Positions 40,620-47,568 of a stretch of DNA of 47,568 bases are shown here, in pieces (position 1 is the first letter of the stretch; every line of letters begins with the position of its first letter). Source of the DNA: Planctomycetota bacterium (GTDB lineage Bacteria > Planctomycetota > UBA11346); contig JBBRLJ010000039.1 in assembly GCA_038231435.1 (NCBI GenBank), positions 1-47,568 on the forward strand, given 5' to 3'. Both the position numbers and the translations under genes were made by a program. The notes beneath the pieces are model-generated. The model saw only the letters and a list, made by a program, of their open reading frames with translations. It did not search any database and was not told the origin of the DNA.

Positions 40620-40643
40620 TCCGGCATCATCCGATGCGAGATG

Positions 40644-40669
40644 GAAGGCCGGGCTCGCGCCCGGCCTTC
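40644..40669 (+). terminator. Probable terminator hairpin after rpsP
   Basis: GAAGGCCGGGC-tcgc-GCCCGGCCTTC with a weak U tail. Confidence 0.6.
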
Positions 40670-40737
40670 TGCATTTCCATGATCTGCCAACCATGAGTCC
40701 AAGGTGCGCGCCGCGGGCAGGTTCGTAACATGCCATC

Positions 40738-42471
40738 ATGACGACCGAGCACGATCTCGGCCCTCACTCACGCTCATCTCCGCCTCTCCAGGTCGAAGGT
40801 GAAAGTCGGGGGGCCGCGGCCCCCCGACAGATAGTCGAGATAGATGGACTCGAAGTGCCGCTGTCAGCGGTCGCGGGGGAAGCGCCGCATTCGCTCGATC
40901 ACCAGCTCGAAGGCTGGATCGCGCGCCGCTGCAAGATCCCGCGCGAGCACGTGCTCGACTACGAGATCGAGCGCCGCAGCATCGACGCGCGCAAAAAGCC
41001 CGAGCTGAAGTTCGTATACCACCTGGTCGCACGCGTACGCGCCGACAGCCCGGTGCACGAGGACGCGGCGGTCAGGGTGCTGACCGCGCCGCCGGCTCAC
41101 GACGACAGCCTACGCCATCTCGAGCTCGCCAAGCCGCTGCCTCTGCACCCGATCATCGTCGGCGCCGGCCCGGCGGGGCAGATGGCGGCGTACCTGCTCG
41201 CCCTGCACGGCTGCAAGCCGCTGGTGCTCGACCGCGGCCGTGACGCGGATCGACGTACCGGCGATCTCGAGCGCTTCCACGACTCGCGCGCGCTCGATCC
41301 CGAGAGCAACTACCTGTTCGGCGAAGGCGGAGCAGGCACGTATTCCGATGGCAAGCTCTACACCCGGGTCAAGGACCGGCGCATGCGCTTCCTGTTGGAA
41401 GCATTCGTCGCCGCACGCGCGCCGCGGCACATCCTCTACCGCCACCACCCGCACATCGGTTCGGACATCCTGCCGCACATGTGCAAGCGCCTGCGCAAAC
41501 AGATCGAGGACTGGGGCGGCGCTTTCCGCTTCGAAGCGAAAGTCGTCGACGTGCTCGAGCGCCCAGGCGCGGACGGCAAGCCGCGCTGCGTGGGCGTGCT
41601 GCTCGAGAACGGTGAGACCATCGAAGCTCCGCTGACGCTGATCGCTCCGGGCCACAGCGCGCGTGACCTGATCATGCGCCTGATCGGGCGGGGGATCGAG
41701 CACAAGGCCAAGGGATTCCAACTCGGCTGCCGCGTCGAGCATGATCAGCGCCTCATCGACCTCGGCCAGTACGGCTGCGTGCCACCGCGGCATCTGCTTG
41801 GCGCCGCGGAATACAATCTGGTCAGCCGGCCGCCGCCGCACCTCAAGGCCGACCACACCACCACCTTCTGCATGTGCCCGGGTGGCGAGATCATCGCGGC
41901 GACCTCGGATCCGGGGCAGCTGTCGACCAACGGCATGAGCCGCTTCGCGCGTTCCTCGCCGTTCGCGAACGCCGGGCTGATCGTCAACCAGGAGGTGGAC
42001 CGCGATTCCGACGGCCTCGCCGGCTTCGAATTGATCAACGAGCTCGAACGCCGCGCCTTCGCCGATGGCGGTTCGGACTACACCTGCCCTGCCCAGACCG
42101 CCACGGCGTTCGTGCGTGGAGAGGCCGGCGCGGCGGTCACCCGGACCAGCTACCGCCTCGGCGCACGGCCGGGCCGCATCGACCGCATCCTCCCGGAAAA
42201 GACCGTGGCGGCGATCCGCCAGGCGCTGCTCTACTTCGACCGCGTGATCCCCGGATTCCTCGCCCACGGCTCGGTGGTGGGCGTCGAGACACGGGTGTCG
42301 AGCCCGGTGCGCTTCGAACGCCATCCCGAGACCTTGGCCAGTTCACTGCCCGGCCTCTATCTCGCGGGCGAAGGCGCGGGCTATGCCGGGGGCATCGTCT
42401 CCGCCGGCCTCGACGGCCTGCGCCTGGCTGAAACCATGCTCACGGGAAAGCCGGCGCTGCGCGAACGCTGA
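40738..42471 (+). CDS. Uncharacterised FAD-dependent NAD(P)-utilising oxidoreductase
   Basis: IVGAGPAG, FGEGGAGTYSDGKL, PHIGSD, TFCMCPGG, TNGMS, GEGAGYAGGIVSA. Start uncertain. Confidence 0.88.
   Translation: MTTEHDLGPHSRSSPPLQVEGESRGAAAPRQIVEIDGLEVPLSAVAGEAPHSLDHQLEGWIARRCKIPREHVLDYEIERRSIDARKKPELKFVYHLVARVRADSPVHEDAAVRVLTAPPAHDDSLRHLELAKPLPLHPIIVGAGPAGQMAAYLLALHGCKPLVLDRGRDADRRTGDLERFHDSRALDPESNYLFGEGGAGTYSDGKLYTRVKDRRMRFLLEAFVAARAPRHILYRHHPHIGSDILPHMCKRLRKQIEDWGGAFRFEAKVVDVLERPGADGKPRCVGVLLENGETIEAPLTLIAPGHSARDLIMRLIGRGIEHKAKGFQLGCRVEHDQRLIDLGQYGCVPPRHLLGAAEYNLVSRPPPHLKADHTTTFCMCPGGEIIAATSDPGQLSTNGMSRFARSSPFANAGLIVNQEVDRDSDGLAGFELINELERRAFADGGSDYTCPAQTATAFVRGEAGAAVTRTSYRLGARPGRIDRILPEKTVAAIRQALLYFDRVIPGFLAHGSVVGVETRVSSPVRFERHPETLASSLPGLYLAGEGAGYAGGIVSAGLDGLRLAETMLTGKPALRER
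40805..40835 (-). repeat. REP-like palindrome family B, copy 4 (inverted, within the 5' part of the oxidoreductase ORF)
   Basis: Minus strand reads TATCTGTCGGGGGGCCGCGGCCCCCCGAC. Confidence 0.65.
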
Positions 42472-43078
42472 GCGGGCATCATGCACGCCAACAGGCTTAC
42501 GAGAGCGAATCTCGGGTAGACCTGGGATTATCAAACCTTCTCTAACTATCAGCACACGTTAACGAAATTGCCCGTGCAAGTGTTGCATGGGCGCATGCTC
42601 CACATCATCAACAGAAGTTATGGAGAACGAACCCATCGGTATTCCCCGATTTAATTACGGAGGGAGCATCTACCCGGTATCGTGAAGCCGCATTCATGTC
42701 ATGCCTCCGTGGTGAACACCGGCGCAAGTGGAAACCTCCACTGTGTTCCACACCGCGACCACTAGGAAGGCCGCTCCACGATGATCCCGACGACGGACGT
42801 TAGAATCCCGCTTGGCTGATTGAGGCGCCCGGTTTTCCGGCAACGCCTCAGCCGCCTTCTCGCCTCTGACGGCGAGCTCGGAGCGCCTCTCCTCCATCGA
42901 GGCCACTCGGATGCTCGTGCTTCGCCTCTTCTGAATTTCCACGGATCGGTCGCTCCTCCTTCTCCGGGAAAGAGCCTCGCGAGCGTACGGCCCTTCGAGG
43001 GGGCGCACATCGCGATACGGGCTGTCTGTTTCATTCCTCGCTCCCACTTCTCGTCACGCCTACCAAAAGGATTCCTGC

Positions 43079-45232
43079 ATGATTCTCCGCACCTTCCTGC
43101 CCAGCCTCGCTCTCGCCGTCTCGGCCTCGACCCTCACCGCCGCCGATGTCTATGTAGCCCCATCGGGCAACGATGCGGCCTCCGGATCGATGTCGGCGCC
43201 ATTCAAGACCATCCAGAAGGGCGTCGGCAGTGTCGGCGCGGGCGGACACGTGTGGATCCGCGGCGGAACCTATCGCGAGGAGATCACCGTGGGCTCGTCC
43301 GGCACCGCCGCCGCGCCGCTGGTCATCAGCGCCTACGGCTCGGAGAAGCCAGTGATCAAGGGTTCGCGCGAGGTCACCGGCTGGGTCCAGCATTCGGGCA
43401 GCATCTACAAGAAGACCGGCTGGACCGTCGAGTCGCAGCAGGTGTTCGTCAACGGCGCATCGCTCGCCCAATGCGGCATCCCGGCGATGTACGGCAATGG
43501 GACCTCGGTCGACGGGACCAAGTACTTCACCTCGACGATCGGCTCGGGCATCGCGAGCCTGGCCCCAGGGCGTTTCTGGTACGATCGCGCCGGAAAGGTG
43601 CTCTACGTCTGGCTCGCCGACTCGGGAAATCCCGCCAATAGCGTGATGGAGGCCTCGACGCAGCGCCGCATCATGGAGCTGATCTCCTCGTCCTACGTGC
43701 AGGTGAAGGGCCTCGCCTTCCGCCATTGCAACGCTTCGGCGTTCGCGATCCAGGGCGGCGGCATCGAGATGGGCAACCACACCCGACTCGAGAACTGCGA
43801 CATCCAGTGGTGCGATTTCGCCGGCGTGGCCATGGGCTATCAGAAATCTGGGGATGAGATCATCGGCTGCACGGTGTCGAACTGCGGCGACAGCGGCATC
43901 AACGGCTCGTCGTCGTCCCAGTTCACGATCAGCGGCTGCACCATCGCCTACAACAACTACCGCAATTTCAATTTCATGTGGCACGCGGGCGGCGTGAAGC
44001 TCGCCACTGACGCCTACGGCACGCTCGACCACAACAACGTGCACGACAACAAGGGCAACGGCATTTGGTTCGACTACGTCGATTCCGGCGCCGCCAGCGT
44101 GGTCAACGGCAACACCGTCACCGGCAATGCCGGCGACGCGGGCATCATGATCGAGGCGAGCAAGTCGGTGACGGTGAAGAACAACGTGCTGGTCGGTAAT
44201 GGACGGCGCGGCTTGTACGTCGCCGCCTCGGACAACGTGGTCGTGGCCCACAATACCTTCAGCGCCAACAGCGGCGTCGCCACCGTCTGCGTGGCGGGCA
44301 TGCCGCGCGCCGGCAAGACCCTCACCAACATCTCGGTCTTCGACAACGTCATCTCGGGCAACACCGCGTCGAGCGACATCATGATCGTCAAGGAGAACGG
44401 CGGCGACATCAAGGGCCTCACCTGCGACTACAATTGCGTCTGGCGTCCGAGCGGCTCGATCGCCATGTGGTCGGGACTCGATGGCCGCGGCGGCTGGGCC
44501 GGCACCACCTACACCAGCATGACGGCGTGGCGCGCGGCGACCGCCTTCAGCGACCACTGCAAGCAGTCCGATCCGAAGTTCGTCTCCGGAGGCTATGAAC
44601 TCCAGGGTTCAAGCCCCGCGATCAACGGGGGCAAGCTCTTGAGCGCCGTGACCGTCGACATCCAGGGGGTCCCACGCACGACTGGAGGAGCGCCCGACAT
44701 GGGCGCCTACGAGTTCGGCGGCACTCCGACTCCGAGCCCTGCTCCGGTCCCCGCACCGACCCCGACCCCCTCGGTGGGCGTCCTGTCGGTGCAGGTCAAT
44801 TTCCAGCCCGCGGCCTCGGCGGCAGTCGCCGGCTACATCGTCGACTCCGGGGCCACCTTCGCTTCGCGCAACGGGCACAGCTATGGCTGGAGCGCTCCCT
44901 GCGATTCTCGCGAGCGCAACAAGCTCTCCGATCAGCTGCGCGATACCCAGGTGCTGATGCAGGGGCCGCAGAACCCCAATGGCACCTGGGAGATGGCTGT
45001 CGCCAACGGCACCTACCGGGTGCACGCGGTGTGCGGCGATCCGGCATTCTTCGACGGCTACAACAAGCTCGACATCGAAGGTGTGCGCGCCATCGACGCG
45101 TACGCGACCAGCGCGGCCCCCTTCCACGAAGGCACCGTAACGGTCACGGTCAAAGACGGGCGTCTCACAGTCGGCAGCGCCTCCGGAGCCTACAACAACA
45201 AGATCTGCTGCCTCGAGATCCAGCAACAGTGA
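43079..45232 (+). CDS. Secreted right-handed parallel beta-helix protein with a Pro/Thr linker and C-terminal carbohydrate-binding-like beta-sandwich
   Basis: Signal peptide; YVAPSGNDAASGS..PFKTIQ, IRGGTYRE, Asn-ladder repeats, SSPAINGG...PDMGAYE; PTPSPAPVPAPTPTP linker. Confidence 0.88.
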   Translation: MILRTFLPSLALAVSASTLTAADVYVAPSGNDAASGSMSAPFKTIQKGVGSVGAGGHVWIRGGTYREEITVGSSGTAAAPLVISAYGSEKPVIKGSREVTGWVQHSGSIYKKTGWTVESQQVFVNGASLAQCGIPAMYGNGTSVDGTKYFTSTIGSGIASLAPGRFWYDRAGKVLYVWLADSGNPANSVMEASTQRRIMELISSSYVQVKGLAFRHCNASAFAIQGGGIEMGNHTRLENCDIQWCDFAGVAMGYQKSGDEIIGCTVSNCGDSGINGSSSSQFTISGCTIAYNNYRNFNFMWHAGGVKLATDAYGTLDHNNVHDNKGNGIWFDYVDSGAASVVNGNTVTGNAGDAGIMIEASKSVTVKNNVLVGNGRRGLYVAASDNVVVAHNTFSANSGVATVCVAGMPRAGKTLTNISVFDNVISGNTASSDIMIVKENGGDIKGLTCDYNCVWRPSGSIAMWSGLDGRGGWAGTTYTSMTAWRAATAFSDHCKQSDPKFVSGGYELQGSSPAINGGKLLSAVTVDIQGVPRTTGGAPDMGAYEFGGTPTPSPAPVPAPTPTPSVGVLSVQVNFQPAASAAVAGYIVDSGATFASRNGHSYGWSAPCDSRERNKLSDQLRDTQVLMQGPQNPNGTWEMAVANGTYRVHAVCGDPAFFDGYNKLDIEGVRAIDAYATSAAPFHEGTVTVTVKDGRLTVGSASGAYNNKICCLEIQQQ

Positions 45233-45279
45233 GCACCCTGCGACGCGCTCGAGCGCGCCGCGACGCCACATGTCGATCG

Positions 45280-45316
45280 GCCCTGAGGTCGGCGAAAGCC
45301 GGCCCCAGGGCTTTTT
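45280..45316 (+). terminator. Intrinsic terminator
   Basis: GCCCTGAGGTCGGC-GAAA-GCCGGCCCCAGGGC followed by TTTTT. Confidence 0.8.
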
Positions 45317-45471
45317 CGTTGGTAACATCGCTGATTTTCGTGTGCCACACGTGCGAGCTGTTAGCCGGTACGCTTTTCAAATCGTCGTTTTGTAGAGGTA
45401 CGCTTCCATATCGGTTTCCGATCAGCGACAGCAACCTGCTGCAGCAATCCCAAGCCTGCACGGAGGCGGAA

Positions 45472-47322
45472 GTGCGTACGACGATCTGGATGCTCGCGCT
45501 CCTCGCCTCCGCGACCCATGCGGCCGACATCTACGTCGACCGCGCCGGATCCGACGCCAACCCAGGCTCGATCGGCTCCCCGGTCCAGAGCATCACCCGT
45601 GGCGTCGCGCTGGCCTCCGCTGGAGATACCGTGTGGCTGCGAGCTGGCACCTGGCGCGAAAGCGTCACCGTCAGCAAGTCCGGGACCGCTGCAGCGCCGC
45701 TCACCATCGCGGCCTATCCAGGCGAGACGCCGATGGTGAAGGGCTCGCAGATCGTTGGCGGCTGGGTCACCTCGGGCATCCCCAACGTTTGGGTGAAGAC
45801 CGCGTGGACGATCGCCTCGCAGCAGGTGTTCATCGACAGTGCGCCATTGCAGCAGATCGGCGTGCCATCGTCATTCTATGCGGGCACAGCCAGCCCGACC
45901 GATCCGACGGTGATGATCGCTCCCGTCGGCGCGGGATTGGCCGATGTCGTGGCCGGTTCGTTCTTCTTCGACGCGAATGCCCAGAAGCTGTACGTCCGGC
46001 TCGCCGACAACGGGGATCCCAACACCCACCTGGTCGAGGCCTCGACCGCACGCCGGCTGATGATGCTCGACGGGGCTTCCTGGGTCGTGGTGCGCGGCAT
46101 CGCCTTCCGGCATAGCTGCACCTCGGCCTTCCAGGCGGGCGGCGCCGCGATCGAACTGGGCAACTATTGCGAGCTCGACCGCTGCGACATCCAGTGGTGC
46201 GATTTCGCCGGCGTGGCGATGGGCTACCAGCGCAGCGGCGCCCAGGTCATCGGCTGCACCATTTCCAACAATGGCGATTCAGGGATCGGCGCCTCGTCGA
46301 GCTACGGCTTCACGGTGCGCGGCTGCACCATCACGGGCAACAACTACCGTGGCTTCAACACCGCCTGGCACGCCGGTGGCATCAAGTGCGTCACCAAGTC
46401 ATACGGCACCATTGAGAACTGCACGATCAACGGCAACAAGGGCCAAGGGGTGTGGTTCGATTACTGCGACGGCGGCAATCCTTCGCTGCTCCGGCGTTGC
46501 CTCATCTCGGGCAATGCGGCTGCGAGCGGCGGCGGCATCATGGTCGAGGCCAGCAAGAACGTCACCATCGCCAATAATGTCATCGCCGACAACGATCGCC
46601 GTGGCGTCTACGTCGCGGCCTCCGACGATGTCATGGTCGTATTGAACACCGTCACCGGGACGCGCACCCAGAACGCCATCGATGTCTCGGGCATGCCGCG
46701 CGCCGGCAAGACCCTGACCAACGTCACGATCTGCAGCAACCTGGTCTCGGGCAATGCCTGCCAGCACGATCTCATGATGGTGAAGGAGAATGGTACCGAC
46801 ATCGTCGGCCTGCACTGCGATTACAATCTCTTCTACCGATCCACTGGCTCCGTCGCGCTGTGGTGGGGACTGGACGGCCGCGGCGGCTGGGCCGGCACCA
46901 CCTATCCCACGGTCGTGGCATGGAAAGCCGCCTTTGCCGGAAGCACGCACTGCCTCCAGGCCGATCCGCTCTTGGTGAGCGGTCAGGCGCTCGCCGCGAA
47001 CAGCCCGGCGATCGACGCCGGCTGCGACGCCCCGGGAGTGACCGACGACTTCGGCGGCAACCCCCGCGCCGGCTCCAACGACATCGGAGCACTCGAGTAC
47101 GGTACAGCACCGGTCCGCACCTCAGGCAGCTCGGACTCATCGAGCTCGTCGAGCTCGTCGATCCCCTCGGCGAGTGGATTCTCCGGCTCCGCCGGCCCCT
47201 CGAGCGGCGCCGGCTCGGGATCCGGCTGCGGCATCGGCTCCGGCCTCGCGATCGTCGGGTTGGCGCTCGCATTCTCGCTCAAGAATGTGCTGTCCTGGAT
47301 CGCGCCGCGCCCCAAGTCCTGA
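45472..47322 (+). CDS. Paralogous beta-helix protein with a Ser/Gly linker and C-terminal membrane anchor
   Basis: GGAGG RBS then GTG; signal peptide; shares long identical blocks with the upstream gene (CDIQWCDFAGVAMGYQ, GMPRAGKTLTN, GLDGRGGWAGTTY); ends GSGCGIGSG plus a hydrophobic helix. Confidence 0.88.
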   Translation: MRTTIWMLALLASATHAADIYVDRAGSDANPGSIGSPVQSITRGVALASAGDTVWLRAGTWRESVTVSKSGTAAAPLTIAAYPGETPMVKGSQIVGGWVTSGIPNVWVKTAWTIASQQVFIDSAPLQQIGVPSSFYAGTASPTDPTVMIAPVGAGLADVVAGSFFFDANAQKLYVRLADNGDPNTHLVEASTARRLMMLDGASWVVVRGIAFRHSCTSAFQAGGAAIELGNYCELDRCDIQWCDFAGVAMGYQRSGAQVIGCTISNNGDSGIGASSSYGFTVRGCTITGNNYRGFNTAWHAGGIKCVTKSYGTIENCTINGNKGQGVWFDYCDGGNPSLLRRCLISGNAAASGGGIMVEASKNVTIANNVIADNDRRGVYVAASDDVMVVLNTVTGTRTQNAIDVSGMPRAGKTLTNVTICSNLVSGNACQHDLMMVKENGTDIVGLHCDYNLFYRSTGSVALWWGLDGRGGWAGTTYPTVVAWKAAFAGSTHCLQADPLLVSGQALAANSPAIDAGCDAPGVTDDFGGNPRAGSNDIGALEYGTAPVRTSGSSDSSSSSSSSIPSASGFSGSAGPSSGAGSGSGCGIGSGLAIVGLALAFSLKNVLSWIAPRPKS

Positions 47323-47324
47323 AT

Positions 47325-47568
47325 GCTTTTTGTGCGGGGGCTCCGCCCCCGGGCCCCCACGGCCTTTGTCGTCCCTTTTTTTGTCCGCCAGGCGGCCAAA
47401 AAATCTGCGTGATGGGCTACGCCCATTATTCACGCAGACCAGGACTCGGCGGCTTTTTGTGCGGGGGCTCCGCCCCCGGGCCCCCACGGCCTTTGTCGTC
47501 CCTTTTTTTGTCCGCCAGGCGGCCAAAAAATCTGCGTGATGGGCTACGCCCATTATTCACGCAGACCA
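47325..47568 (+). repeat. Tandem array of a 127-bp multi-hairpin unit (copy 1 47325-47451; copy 2 from 47452, cut by window end)
   Basis: The two copies are identical over the visible 117 nt at an offset of exactly 127. Confidence 0.95.

Noticed and set aside
42694..43047. 117-aa and 90-aa minus-strand ORFs in the long intergenic region
   Set aside because: No RBS, atypical codon usage and no recognisable motifs.
47325..47568. CRISPR array
   Set aside because: The whole 127-bp unit is identical between copies; there are no unique spacers and no cas genes in the window.

Overview
High-GC bacterial chromosome segment, mostly housekeeping. The gene content and protein styles suggest a Planctomycetota/PVC-type organism (inference only). 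The window opens with the 3' end of an ISL3-type transposase and a 3' tRNA-Arg fragment that looks like the att boundary of an integrated island. Genes follow in this order: GNAT, gnd, FMN reductase, mnmG, LOG, an extended adenylate kinase, an RlhA-like U32 protein, rpsA, PTS IIA, HU/IHF, a MoxR-DUF58-transglutaminase triad, ligA, sufE, an esterase, ppc, a ResB/CcsA cytochrome c biogenesis pair running into menB-(aldose epimerase)-menA-menC-menE, STAS, rpsP, an FAD oxidoreductase and two paralogous secreted beta-helix proteins. The most interesting signals lie outside the ORF track: (1) an apparent leader-peptide/antiterminator/terminator attenuator upstream of small unknown ORFs (5313-5983, minus strand); (2) a multi-hairpin 127-bp repeat family with a compensatory base change, tandem at the window end and also present upstream of mnmG; (3) a second REP-like palindrome family with covarying stems that overlaps stop codons and coding ends; (4) an unannotated 40-aa Lys/Arg-rich protein; (5) a Cys-containing C-terminal sorting-signal-like tail; (6) a helical insertion in LigA. 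All calls come from reading the sequence by eye; no searches were run.
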